Shown: piece by piece, positions 18,552 through 28,408 of the stretch
Layout: each line of letters begins with the position of its first letter
How positions within the stretch are numbered: position 1 is the first letter of the stretch
Source: Candidatus Heimdallarchaeota archaeon
GTDB lineage: Archaea; Asgardarchaeota; Heimdallarchaeia; JABLTI01
Direction of reading: 5' to 3'
NCBI GenBank assembly: GCA_019058275.1
Contig: JAHLVW010000094.1
Coordinates: 71,980 to 103,979 of the forward strand
Length of the DNA: 32,000 nt
The notes under the pieces: generated by a model
Databases searched by the model: none
The model's input: only the letters and a program-made list of their open reading frames with translations
Told to the model about the DNA's origin: nothing
Program-made: the position numbers and the translations under genes

Positions 18552-19298
18552 GTGATGACACAAATGACCGAATGTGCTGTTAAATTAACAGATCTAACAA
18601 AAGACTACAAAGAGTTACGAGCTGTTGATAGTATGAATTTAGAAATCCCTGAAGGTGAGATCTTTGCATTGGTAGGTCCTAATGGTGCAGGGAAAACAAC
18701 TGCCATAAAAATGATATTAGGAATAACACCACCAACTTCAGGAGAAATTCAAGTTTTGGGTTGGAACATCCCAAAAGAAAGAAAGAAAATCAAGCGTGAT
18801 ATAGGTTATTTAGCTCAACAGAGAGCACTATATAAATCTCTAACAACTCGAGAGAATATTGAATTCTTCGCTGCAATAAAAGGAATGACTAAAGAGGATA
18901 TACATGAAAAGACAGACGAGTTAATTGAGGTTTTGAATCTAAGTGAATATGAAAAAGTTAGAGCTATTAATCTATCTGGTGGTACACAGCAAAGAGTAGC
19001 TCTTGCTTCTGCCTGTGTAAATTCCCCTCGTTTACTACTACTAGATGAAGCTACTGTTGGACTTGATCCTGTTTTGCGGAAAGATGTTTGGGATTATCTT
19101 CGGAAATTTAACAAGAAGGTAAAAGGAGCAATAATAATTACAACTCACTTTCTGGATGAAGCTGAATATGCTGATCGTGTAGGGTTTATGCGTACTGCAA
19201 ATATCATTGCTTTAGATACTCCAGATGCTCTCAAAAAACAAACTTCTTCTGTAACAATGGAGGAAGTGTTTCTAAAATTAGCTAAGGAGGAAAACTAA
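18552..19298 (+). CDS. ABC transporter ATP-binding protein (ABC-2 exporter type)
   Basis: Motifs GPNGAGKTT, LSGGTQQR, LLLDEATVGLD and TTH. The ATG at 18555 directly follows the GTG. Confidence 0.85.
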   Translation: MMTQMTECAVKLTDLTKDYKELRAVDSMNLEIPEGEIFALVGPNGAGKTTAIKMILGITPPTSGEIQVLGWNIPKERKKIKRDIGYLAQQRALYKSLTTRENIEFFAAIKGMTKEDIHEKTDELIEVLNLSEYEKVRAINLSGGTQQRVALASACVNSPRLLLLDEATVGLDPVLRKDVWDYLRKFNKKVKGAIIITTHFLDEAEYADRVGFMRTANIIALDTPDALKKQTSSVTMEEVFLKLAKEEN

Positions 19299-19299
19299 A

Positions 19300-20436
19300 G
19301 TGCGAATGACGTGGCTAGTCTCAACAAGAGTGTTTAAGTTCATATTACGAGATAAACGCTTAATCGCACTAATGTTAATAATTCCCGTTGTTATGGCTTT
19401 AGTAATAGGTTATGGTTTCGGTGGAGAAATTGATCATGTCTCAGTTGCAATAATCAATCTTGATGAACCAACAGCAATACCGATATCCTTTAGCAACCGT
19501 TTAATTGATTATCTTGATCTCAAAACAGATCTAGTTGATGTTACAAAGATAATTGATCCAACAATTGAAGATTGGGAAACAATAAAACAAGCAGTTTTTG
19601 ATGAAGAGTATTACGGAGTTATTTTGTTTCCAGAAGACTTTACTGATAATCTTGCAGCTAGATTACTGAATGGCACAGCAGTTGAAACATACATAGATAT
19701 ATTTGTAGATAATTCTAACCCACAAATAAGTTCCTCAATTATTAAGGTTGTAAGCAAAGGTTTTCAAACAGAATTTGGTGAAAGTATGGGTTTAACAATA
19801 AACACTGAATTTGCTTTTGATGAAACGCTTACACAATTACAGTATATGATACCTTCAATCATGCCTTTCGCAGTCTTCTTCATGTCTTTCATCCTTTCGA
19901 TTATCTCATTAATTAATGAACGAAAAGCAGGAACCTTAGATTTACTTCTATTATCCCCATATCGTAAAATCAACATTATTCTTGGTTATATGATTCCGCT
20001 TTCAGCTGTTTCAATTATTCAAGCAACTATTCTTCTTCTCTTGACAATATTTGCTTTTAACGTACCAGTTGTAGGAGGAGTCGGAGCTTATTTTGCAATC
20101 TATATTATGATGTTGTTGTGTGGTTGGTGCGGTATGGGACTAGGTTTCTTACTTTCAACTGTTGCAAAGAGTGAGCTTCAAGCAGTGCAATTTATTCCTA
20201 TGGTTATCTTCACAATGCTCTTACTATCAGGTATACTAATGCCATTAGAGACGTTACCAACATGGTTACTACCAATATCATACATGATACCTTTAACATA
20301 TGGAGCTGAATATCTGAGAACAGTAATGGTAGAAGGAACAGGTTTCCTATGGCACTGGCATATTGCTCCGGTCGTAGGATTTGTCGTACTGATGGTATTA
20401 TTGTCTGCTCTAACATTGCGGGAAAGACAAATATAA
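19300..20436 (+). CDS. ABC-2 type transporter permease
   Basis: N-terminal TM helix, a large extracytoplasmic loop, and a C-terminal 5-6 TM bundle. It is coupled to the preceding ATPase gene (stop and start are adjacent). Confidence 0.75.
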   Translation: MRMTWLVSTRVFKFILRDKRLIALMLIIPVVMALVIGYGFGGEIDHVSVAIINLDEPTAIPISFSNRLIDYLDLKTDLVDVTKIIDPTIEDWETIKQAVFDEEYYGVILFPEDFTDNLAARLLNGTAVETYIDIFVDNSNPQISSSIIKVVSKGFQTEFGESMGLTINTEFAFDETLTQLQYMIPSIMPFAVFFMSFILSIISLINERKAGTLDLLLLSPYRKINIILGYMIPLSAVSIIQATILLLLTIFAFNVPVVGGVGAYFAIYIMMLLCGWCGMGLGFLLSTVAKSELQAVQFIPMVIFTMLLLSGILMPLETLPTWLLPISYMIPLTYGAEYLRTVMVEGTGFLWHWHIAPVVGFVVLMVLLSALTLRERQI

Positions 20437-20534
20437 AGAAATGGACAAACCATTTCTCTTCTTTTTTTCTTAAATCTTTATATTTCTGAAGATAAAAAAA
20501 GAGTGAAGAGAGGTTGATTAAACCTCCTAGTTTT

Positions 20535-21956
20535 CTACTTAACAATTCCAACTATTGATTTACTTGGGTCAAGTGTTTTTCTTGCGTCTTTCAAATCACT
20601 ACGTAGATTTGCAGGCATTCTTGTAGGTAGATTAAATCCACTTTCTTCATCCTGAGCGTAAGCAAATACAAAAGTTAGGTAAGCTGTTTTCATAGGTCTA
20701 AATATGAAGAAAGTAGGAATATTTGCGAATATTACCATTGGAATTATGCAAATTAACATTGCTGTAGTCCAACTTAAAGAAGGAACTGCTGCTTTTACGA
20801 TTAAACCAACAATTGCTCCAAGAATACCATAAATAAAGAAAGCGATCCATTGAACGATGGCCATAGCTCGTTGAACACCAGTTTCACGAATGAGGACATC
20901 CATATAGTATTTCTTCAAAAGATTAAAACTACGGGTAACACCACTTCTGAAATTTAGTCCTTCCACAGTAATTGCTGGTAAGGTGAAATATGTAAGATAC
21001 TTGAATACAAAACCAACTATAGCTGCAATAGCACGAGCTAGAATTGCCAAAACCAAACCTGCAACATTACCTTTTGATTGAGAAGTCGTTGCAGCATTCC
21101 TTAACATTTGCTGAATCCAACTGACTATTGCAGTAATTGCTCCAAAGGCAAATATAGGACCAAATTGCCCTGCAACATTCCTTACACAGAATTTCATATC
21201 CGGATCTCTTTTACGATACCATTCGTATGCATATGTTGTATTAATTGATTCAGCAATGTAGAAACTTCCATAATAGACAATTAATTGTAATAATGAAGCA
21301 ATTGAAGCTACGAGATATCCAGCCCAAACGAAAGATGTTTCATAGAAAATGGCTACCAAATATGCAAAAATAGATCCCATAGTTAGAAAGTTAATGACTG
21401 AAACCCAAGAGACAAAGAGTGGAGCTAAAATCATACCTTTTTCAGCTAACACTACTTCACCTGTGAACTTCATAAATTCTCCAGCTCTTTTGAACTTTCG
21501 AATATTTGTAAACATGCCAATAATAAGAAATACTACTGGTACTAGGGAAATCAATGCAATAAGTACACCACCAAATGGTATTGCTAAGAGTATTCCTACA
21601 ACAGCTCCTATAATATAAACAGCGATTCCTGCGTAAACCAAGATGTGTCCGAATTTCTTAACCAAGAAAAGCAAAAGCCAACCTACGAGGAAACCAACAA
21701 CCATCAATCCAACAACGATTAGGAGGATAACCCACCAGTATTGTTGAATCGTACCTCCAGCAATAATTAGAGCAACTACTGTAGTTAATAAATCACTAAT
21801 AACTTCACCAAAAGTATCAGAAGTATTTGGAACTAACGTATTCCATAAAAGAATAAAACAAAGGATACCTATACCAAAGAAAATTAGCGAAACAAAAGTA
21901 TAACCAAAAATTGCTTTTTTGTTTGCTGGTTTTGTTGTAATTTTACCAACAGTCAT
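20535..21956 (-). CDS. Polytopic membrane protein, possibly choline-transporter-like (CTL/SLC44/Pns1-type)
   Basis: About 10 TM segments. The C-terminal half, FGPIFAFGAITAIVSWIQQMLRNAA...KYLTYFTLPAITVEGLNFRSGVTRSFNLLKK, resembles my recollection of the CTL signature (G..afGSL..aiv..iR ... nAy..iaiyG.sFc.SA...f.Ll). This has not been verified. Confidence 0.45.
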   Translation of the reverse strand: MTVGKITTKPANKKAIFGYTFVSLIFFGIGILCFILLWNTLVPNTSDTFGEVISDLLTTVVALIIAGGTIQQYWWVILLIVVGLMVVGFLVGWLLLFLVKKFGHILVYAGIAVYIIGAVVGILLAIPFGGVLIALISLVPVVFLIIGMFTNIRKFKRAGEFMKFTGEVVLAEKGMILAPLFVSWVSVINFLTMGSIFAYLVAIFYETSFVWAGYLVASIASLLQLIVYYGSFYIAESINTTYAYEWYRKRDPDMKFCVRNVAGQFGPIFAFGAITAIVSWIQQMLRNAATTSQSKGNVAGLVLAILARAIAAIVGFVFKYLTYFTLPAITVEGLNFRSGVTRSFNLLKKYYMDVLIRETGVQRAMAIVQWIAFFIYGILGAIVGLIVKAAVPSLSWTTAMLICIIPMVIFANIPTFFIFRPMKTAYLTFVFAYAQDEESGFNLPTRMPANLRSDLKDARKTLDPSKSIVGIVK

Positions 21957-22168
21957 TTTTTAACCTCAAAAAATGTTTTTTGATTCTATTTAATGGTTAC
22001 AACAATGACTTAAGAATATTATTGCGAATTAATCTGAAAGATACTTGGTTGCTAATGTAAGCAAATATTGCAAGAATCCTTTTAAAAGAAATAAGCAGTC
22101 TTTTTGTTATATACTAAGCAAAGAGTTTAATGAATATTATTCATTGAATGTAATTAGTGGTGAACTAA

Positions 22169-23614
22169 ATGACTTTGGTTGTTCGAAATACTCTTACTCG
22201 AAAAATGGAAGAATTCAAACCGCTAGTTGATGGTAAAGTTACTATGTATACTTGTGGTCCTACAGTTTATAGCACTCCACATATTGGTAATTATAGAACT
22301 TTCTTCATGTCAGATATGATTCGTAGATATCTTGAATTCAAAGGCTATGAAGTCTTTCATTTAATGAACATCACAGATATTGACGATAAAATAATCCGTG
22401 ATATAAAAAAAGAGGAAGGTCTTTCTCTTAAGGAATTTACAGAGAAATACATTGATGTGTTCTTTGAAGGTATTGATTGGCTTAACATAAAACGTGCTCA
22501 TTTATATCCCAGAGCTACTGATCACATTGAAGAAATGGTTGCAATGATCAAAACTCTTGAGGAAAAAGGGTTTGCGTATGAAACGGATGATGGTGTTTAT
22601 TTCAACATACGAAAGTTCAAAGAATATGGAAAGCTAGCGAATATTGATCTCGATTCTTTGCAAGTCGGTGAGCGAGCTAGAGCAGACACCTATGAAAAAG
22701 GAAGTGTTCAGGATTTCGCATTATGGAAGAAAAGCACTGAAGATGAACTAAAACGAAAGATATTCTATGAGAGTCTTTGGGGCAAGGGTCGTCCCGGTTG
22801 GTCTATAGAATGTTCAGTTATGTCAATGAAGTATTTAGGTGAAACACTGGATATTCATACAGGTGCTGTCGATCTAAAATTCCCACACCATACGAATGAA
22901 ATTGCCCAATCAGAAGCAACTACTGGAAAACTTTTTGTAAAATATTGGTTACATGGTGAATTCTTAAATCTAAAAGAGGAAAAAATGTCAAAATCACTTG
23001 GCAATGTTACTACACTTCATGTGCTAATGGATAAATTCGATGCTGATACAATTCGATATTTCTTCCTTTCAACAAGGTATGATGCTATACTAGAGTTCAC
23101 TGAGGACAAGATTATTGGAGTAAAAAATAGTGTAGACAGATTACGAACAACATATGAGAATGTTCAGAGCTATATGCGATCACTTACTCAAAAATCTCCT
23201 ATGGGTAAACGAGAAGAAACGTTGCTCAAAGAAGCTCATAAAGTCAGGGAGAATTTCGAAAGAGATATGGACAAAAACTTTGACACACCAAAGGGACTCA
23301 AAGCTATTCATGAATTAGCAAAGGCTTTGAATAAATACATAGAAGGAGAAATCAACCACGGAACCTTAAGTGAAGCATTTGATATTTACAAATTACTACT
23401 CTCAATCTTTGGACTCTTTGAAAAGATCTCTGAAGGATCTCTCGCTGACAATAAAACTTACGATGAGTTACTAAAATTGATTATTGAGCTAAGAAATGAA
23501 GCTCGTAAAAAGGAAGATTATCCAACTAGTGACAAAATACGTGATAAGTTGGCTGAATTGAATATAGTTCTTGAAGATTCAGCAAAAGGAACAATTTGGA
23601 AAATCAAGAAATAG
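22169..23614 (+). CDS. cysS: Cysteine--tRNA ligase
   Basis: MYTCGPTVY, HIGNYR (HIGH motif), WGKGRPGWSIEC and KMSKSLGN (KMSKS motif). GGTGA ribosome-binding site. It ends in TAG. Confidence 0.95.
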   Translation: MTLVVRNTLTRKMEEFKPLVDGKVTMYTCGPTVYSTPHIGNYRTFFMSDMIRRYLEFKGYEVFHLMNITDIDDKIIRDIKKEEGLSLKEFTEKYIDVFFEGIDWLNIKRAHLYPRATDHIEEMVAMIKTLEEKGFAYETDDGVYFNIRKFKEYGKLANIDLDSLQVGERARADTYEKGSVQDFALWKKSTEDELKRKIFYESLWGKGRPGWSIECSVMSMKYLGETLDIHTGAVDLKFPHHTNEIAQSEATTGKLFVKYWLHGEFLNLKEEKMSKSLGNVTTLHVLMDKFDADTIRYFFLSTRYDAILEFTEDKIIGVKNSVDRLRTTYENVQSYMRSLTQKSPMGKREETLLKEAHKVRENFERDMDKNFDTPKGLKAIHELAKALNKYIEGEINHGTLSEAFDIYKLLLSIFGLFEKISEGSLADNKTYDELLKLIIELRNEARKKEDYPTSDKIRDKLAELNIVLEDSAKGTIWKIKK

Positions 23615-23643
23615 TAGATTTAAGGAATCTACTTCTCTTTTTT
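23614..23643 (+). terminator. Hairpin plus oligo-T after cysS
   Basis: GTAGATT-TAAGG-AATCTAC (23614-23632) is followed by TTCTCTTTTTT (23633-23643). Confidence 0.45.
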
Positions 23644-23707
23644 AATTTCATTATATTAATAAAGTAAGATACATAAAGTCCATTTGCATTATTGCATGTG
23701 AATTCTT

Positions 23708-23962
23708 ATGTTCGGGAACTATATTAGAAAATTAAAGGATAGAGAGTATGCTTTCGAGTTTGGTCGAAAAATGCAATGTCCTCATTGCAAAGAAAATGTT
23801 TCCTGGATAAAGGGATATATTGGTCAAGATCAAGGATTGAAATCACTAATTGGTACCAAAATAAACATCATGGTTATGGTTTTCCTTTGTCCAAATTGCG
23901 AAACAATACTAAATGCACAGCAAGTTGGTGTAGGAAATAAAATATTTGCAGATTTAAAATAA
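23708..23962 (+). CDS. Hypothetical zinc-ribbon protein, 84 aa
   Basis: CPHC...x32...CPNC. No family recognised. Confidence 0.35.
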   Translation: MFGNYIRKLKDREYAFEFGRKMQCPHCKENVSWIKGYIGQDQGLKSLIGTKINIMVMVFLCPNCETILNAQQVGVGNKIFADLK

Positions 23963-24158
23963 TCCTATCCAACAAAGATTCGATTTTTTTTCTTTTTACA
24001 TTTTTTTGTCTATAAATGAGATTTTTTAAGGTACAAATCATTAGTTATATTCAAATATAATAGAAAAACTTGAAAAGCGTTTATGATTGCCGATTAACTA
24101 GTAAAAGTGAAAAATAATTCCTAAAATATCTGATATCCTTTGGGAAGAGTGAAATAAA

Positions 24159-26351
24159 ATGCCAACAAAGTCTAATATAAATCTAAAAGTTGCAGAAGCA
24201 AGACAAAGGGACATTGGAAGACAAAAAGTTCGAATTGATGGTCTTTCAATGCGACAAATTAATGTCACCACTGGTGATGTTGTCGAAATTAAGGGGAAAA
24301 AGGTCACAGCTGCAATTGCCTGGCCAGCATATCCAGAAGATCAAAATGCAGGTCTTATTAGAATGGATAAATTACTGAGAAACAATGCAGATGTTGGATT
24401 ATCCGAAAAAGTAACTGTAACAAAAGCAAATGCAAAGAATGCTAAAATAGTCACTTTAGCACCCTTCCAAACACCTGTAGCAATAGACTATAGTTTTGAG
24501 AATTTTGTTAAAAGAAAATTACTAGGTTATCCACTAACAGAAGAAGATACTGTTTTAATTCCCATTTTAGGTAAATCTTTACCATTTACTGTAACCTCTA
24601 CTACTCCCAAGGGTATTATTAGAATAACAGAGGATACTGAGCTAAAAGTAATTGACAAACCAGTTCAAGTTTCTGACAAAGCACTGCCCAGAACCTCCTA
24701 TGAAGATATTGGTGGTTTAGGTGACCAGATTCGCAGGATTCGTGAAATGGTAGAACTTCCTATGAAACACCCAGAACTTTTCCATAAGCTGGGAATTGAT
24801 CCGCCAAAAGGAGTTCTTTTACACGGACCACCTGGCTGTGGTAAAACATTGATTGCAAAAGCAGTAGCTAATGAAAGTGCTGCAAATTTCACAACAATTA
24901 ATGGTCCTGAAATCATGTCCAAGTTTTATGGTGAATCAGAACAAAGACTTCGTCAAATTTTCAAAGATGCATCTGCAAAAGCTCCAACAATAGTTTTCAT
25001 TGATGAATTAGATGCTATCGCTAGTAAGAGAGCTGATGTTACAGGCGAGGTTGAACGAAGAGTTGTAGCTCAGCTATTAGCACTTATGGATGGCATGGTA
25101 TCTCGAGGAGAAGTTTTAGTCATAGGAGCAACCAATAGACCTAATGTAATTGATCCTGCTTTAAGAAGGCCAGGTCGATTTGATCGAGAAATCGAAATAG
25201 GAGTTCCTGATCGAGATGGCAGACGAGAAATCTTACAAATCCACTCAAGAGGTATGCCTTTAGCAGAAGATGCTAATTTAGATCTAATCGCTGAAAAGAC
25301 TCACGGATTTGTAGGAGCAGATTTACAGGCACTATGTCGTGAATCAGCTATGAAAGCTTTGCGACGCTTCCTACCAGATATCGATTTTGCTGATAAAATA
25401 ATTACACCAGAATTACTAGATAAGCTAGAAGTTACTCAAGAAGACTTCCAATCAGCTATGAAAGAAGTCCAACCTTCTGCAATTAGAGAAGTATTTACGG
25501 AAATTCCAAACATTAGATGGACGGATGTTGGAGGTTTAGATAATCAAATAAGAGAATTAAAGGAAGCAATTGAATGGCCCCTTAAATTTAAAGAATCATT
25601 TTCAAGAATGGGCATTCGACCTCCACGTGGAGTTTTGTTATTTGGTCCTCCTGGTTGTGGCAAGACTTTGCTTGCAAAAGCTGTTGCAACAGAGAGCGAA
25701 GTTAATTTCATTAGTATTAAAGGACCTGAGGTTATGAGCAAATGGGTGGGCGAGTCTGAGAAAGCAGTTAGGGAAATCTTCAGAAAGGCAAAAATATCTG
25801 CTCCAACCATTGTTTTCTTTGATGAGATAGATGCATTAGCACCAAAAAGAGGTAGCGGTTTTGGTGATTCTGGAACAACTGAAAGGGTCATTAGCCAATT
25901 GCTAACAGAAATTGATGGTTTGGAAATGATTAAGCAAGTGGTCATTATTGCAGCAACTAATCGTCCTGATATTGTTGATAATGCTCTATTAAGGCCTGGT
26001 AGGTTTGACAGATTCGTTCTAATACCACCACCTAATCAAAAATCAAGATTGAAAATTCTCAAAATCTTTACCAAAGAAATGCCATTAGATGACACTGTTG
26101 ATCTAAAACAAATAGTAAAAGAAATTGACGGATTTTCTGGAGCTGATATAGAATCTCTGTGCAGAGAAGCTGCAATGTTAGCATTACGTGAGGATATGAA
26201 CGCCAGTAAAGTTTGTGCAATACATTTCGATGCTGCAAAGAAGAAAGTTCATGCTTCAATAACTCCAGAAACAATGAAATATTACGAGAAATCCGTAGAG
26301 AAATTCAAACGAGCTTCGGTAGAAATAGCTGAACTTAAACCAATAATATAA
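24159..26351 (+). CDS. cdc48: Cdc48/VCP-like AAA+ ATPase (two AAA domains plus an N domain)
   Basis: Two complete modules: [14 protein letters not shown]...IVFIDELDA and [14 protein letters not shown]...IVFFDEIDA. Each has ATNRP...[10 protein letters not shown], and an N-terminal double-psi/beta-barrel-type region is present. Confidence 0.95.
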   Translation: MPTKSNINLKVAEARQRDIGRQKVRIDGLSMRQINVTTGDVVEIKGKKVTAAIAWPAYPEDQNAGLIRMDKLLRNNADVGLSEKVTVTKANAKNAKIVTLAPFQTPVAIDYSFENFVKRKLLGYPLTEEDTVLIPILGKSLPFTVTSTTPKGIIRITEDTELKVIDKPVQVSDKALPRTSYEDIGGLGDQIRRIREMVELPMKHPELFHKLGIDPPKGVLLHGPPGCGKTLIAKAVANESAANFTTINGPEIMSKFYGESEQRLRQIFKDASAKAPTIVFIDELDAIASKRADVTGEVERRVVAQLLALMDGMVSRGEVLVIGATNRPNVIDPALRRPGRFDREIEIGVPDRDGRREILQIHSRGMPLAEDANLDLIAEKTHGFVGADLQALCRESAMKALRRFLPDIDFADKIITPELLDKLEVTQEDFQSAMKEVQPSAIREVFTEIPNIRWTDVGGLDNQIRELKEAIEWPLKFKESFSRMGIRPPRGVLLFGPPGCGKTLLAKAVATESEVNFISIKGPEVMSKWVGESEKAVREIFRKAKISAPTIVFFDEIDALAPKRGSGFGDSGTTERVISQLLTEIDGLEMIKQVVIIAATNRPDIVDNALLRPGRFDRFVLIPPPNQKSRLKILKIFTKEMPLDDTVDLKQIVKEIDGFSGADIESLCREAAMLALREDMNASKVCAIHFDAAKKKVHASITPETMKYYEKSVEKFKRASVEIAELKPII

Positions 26352-26492
26352 AACTAAAAGTTAGCACTACTAGCTTCTTTACAATTTCTTTGTATATTCC
26401 ATAATTTTTTAAAGGGTATAAACCACATTGTAAAATGAGAATTTTCCTCAATTTTTTACTGATTAACCTATTTATGGAGTTTTATATTTAAA

Positions 26493-26765
26493 ATGTCAAA
26501 AGAGAAAGCAGCTATCTGGAAAACTATGCCCTTAGCAACAGCAGTTCTTATGGCTATTCAGAAAAGACAAGGCGTTTTGCTAGATGATGAACTACTAAAA
26601 ATCCTTTCCATGGAATTTGGTGAAGTATCTAAAACAGAAATCAATGAAATTTTGATGGAGTTAGAAATAAGAGGACTAATTCATGTTAGTTATATCACCA
26701 AAACCAAAAGACGCATTGAGCTTATAGGAAAAGATATGGTTTACATGGCTGTAGGTGAAGACTAA
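26493..26765 (+). CDS. Small winged-helix-like protein, hypothetical
   Basis: 90 aa. LSMEFGEVSKTEINEILMELEIRGLIHVSY looks like a wH recognition helix plus wing. No family recognised. Confidence 0.4.
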   Translation: MSKEKAAIWKTMPLATAVLMAIQKRQGVLLDDELLKILSMEFGEVSKTEINEILMELEIRGLIHVSYITKTKRRIELIGKDMVYMAVGED

Positions 26766-26777
26766 AAAAATTCTTTT

Positions 26778-26798
26778 GTAGCGTGAAAAACACGCTAC
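26778..26798. terminator. Bidirectional hairpin between convergent genes
   Basis: GTAGCGTG-AAAAA-CACGCTAC is a perfect 8-bp stem. AAAAAAATTCTTTT on its left supplies an oligo-T tract for the minus-strand ESCRT-III transcript. Confidence 0.5.
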
Positions 26799-26811
26799 CG
26801 ATATTCTTATT

Positions 26812-27474
26812 CTATGCTCCGCTTCTTTCACGTTCTATTTTCTTTCGGAGCTCGGATATTTCATCCCCAATTTCATCGTCTTCTTCTTTTACTTTTGTTT
26901 TAGTTGGTTTAGTTGATACTCCTACATCTGGGAGTTCATCAACTTGACCTAAAGACAATTCCATTTCTAATTCTTTCATTTCTAGGTCGATCATATCTTC
27001 CATATCGATATCCAATTCTGTTTCGGAGAATGAAGTATCTGATAATGCTTCAGAAGCGAACGATACCTTTTCCATGGATGATTGCATTTCAAACATAGCC
27101 CTTTCAGTATCTGCAGGAGTTACATCTTTGAGCGTATCTTCTATAACTACAACCCCTTCTTTTATTGCATGAGTGGTTTCTGCAACATCCTTAGCTTCTG
27201 AAATGGATTCAATCATTCCTTGTAAATTGAGAATTTTATTTTGAGTTTCGTTTAATTTCTTAAGATAAAGCTGACGTCTCATTAGTGCTTGTTTTGCTCC
27301 AGCTTTATTACCACTTTTCATCATATCTCGAGCAATATCTTTCTGCTCATCGGATTGTTGGGTTAACCTTCTAGATTGGAGAGTATATTTGTTAATTACT
27401 CTTCTAATTTTAGCAATACTTTCAGTATCTTTAGGTTGATCTTTTCCGAAAAGCCAGTTTTTGATCTTGGGCAT
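26812..27474 (-). CDS. Snf7-family ESCRT-III protein (Vps20/32/60, CHMP4-like)
   Basis: N-terminal WLFGK, a basic helical hairpin (...GNKAGAKQALMRRQLYLKKL...NLQGMIESISEAKDVAETTHAIKEG), an acidic region (ELDIDMEDMIDLEMKELEME), and a C-terminal amphipathic DEISELRKKIERE tail. The layout is collinear with yeast Snf7. Confidence 0.75.
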   Translation of the reverse strand: MPKIKNWLFGKDQPKDTESIAKIRRVINKYTLQSRRLTQQSDEQKDIARDMMKSGNKAGAKQALMRRQLYLKKLNETQNKILNLQGMIESISEAKDVAETTHAIKEGVVVIEDTLKDVTPADTERAMFEMQSSMEKVSFASEALSDTSFSETELDIDMEDMIDLEMKELEMELSLGQVDELPDVGVSTKPTKTKVKEEDDEIGDEISELRKKIERERSGA

Positions 27475-27539
27475 GCTTTTATTACCAACCAGTTATTTTT
27501 TTGACAATTTTTTTTATTATTTTTTGGTTTCTTCCCTTT

Positions 27540-28379
27540 CTATGTTCCGAGCCTTCTTTTCATCGAACTGGTAGCATTCTTCAAGTCAGCATTGCTCATG
27601 AGAGGGAATTGATGCTTCTCAGCATCTTTGGTACATTCAAGATTTCTCTTTTTTGTTACCGATTCTGAGATTTCCTTTAAGATTATTCTGTCATTCACAA
27701 TTTTTAATGTTCCCATATAATACTCATTTATTGCTAAGTTCACCATTATTAATAAATGGGTTCTTAATGAAGTTTTTTTATAACTCATTGCTTCTACTAT
27801 GCGAGTTAACTTGTTGGAATGATATATAAAGTTATACAATTTGTAAGCGGAATCACTTCTTTTTTCAATTTCTTGTGCTAACTCTTGGAAATCTATTTCC
27901 CCATTGATTATGTCATATCTTGATTTGGTCTGCAAAACTTTTTTCCTTGTAATGTAAGATGCAATGGAATCATAACGTTTGATCAATCTGATTAGTTGAT
28001 TATCATTCAAATTGTTTCCGTGGTGGTTTAGACAAGCTTCTCGAACCTCTTCATCAAGTATCGTAACTTGTTTATAGATTTTACTTGGATGTTTCTCAGT
28101 ATGAACAAAGTCATGAAGCATAAGAGCAATCAGTAAACGCTGTAAAGATCTTGGATAATTAACTCCTAATCCTTTTCGAATCCTGAGTTTCCTTCTACGA
28201 GAAATTACCTTCTTTTTGTATGCTTCAACTTTGTAATTTAACCATTTCACTTTTCCAAATCCTTGATTTCTCTTGCTTCCTAAGTTATCGAATGCCAGTA
28301 TTCGTTCTATTTTTTCTTTACCCCTCTTTTCGTTATGATCAACACAAGTTACTTTGACAAATCCGCGAAAAGCTTTCAA
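27540..28379 (-). CDS. Downstream reading frame of a small-RAMP (Cas5/Cas6-like G-rich loop) / Cas3''-type HD nuclease fusion
   Basis: LGSKRNQGFGKV (28248-28283) is a RAMP/Cas6-type glycine-rich loop. LIALMLHDFVHTEKH has its HD at 28110-28115. The NHHG motif is at 28017-28028 and YDSIAS follows, matching the Cas3 HD motif order (HD...HHG...D..AS). The frame is open upstream to 28466 with no ATG, and the track start is TTG. See the frameshift finding. Confidence 0.6.
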   Translation of the reverse strand: MKAFRGFVKVTCVDHNEKRGKEKIERILAFDNLGSKRNQGFGKVKWLNYKVEAYKKKVISRRRKLRIRKGLGVNYPRSLQRLLIALMLHDFVHTEKHPSKIYKQVTILDEEVREACLNHHGNNLNDNQLIRLIKRYDSIASYITRKKVLQTKSRYDIINGEIDFQELAQEIEKRSDSAYKLYNFIYHSNKLTRIVEAMSYKKTSLRTHLLIMVNLAINEYYMGTLKIVNDRIILKEISESVTKKRNLECTKDAEKHQFPLMSNADLKNATSSMKRRLGT

Positions 28380-28408
28380 AACAATTGGCGCCTTTCGTTC
28401 TCCCCTTA

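Noticed and set aside
22045-22230. 61-aa ORF overlapping the cysS start
   Set aside because: The cysS start at 22169 has a GGTGA ribosome-binding site and a canonical N-terminus. The overlapping ORF has no motifs and sits in the promoter/5' region.
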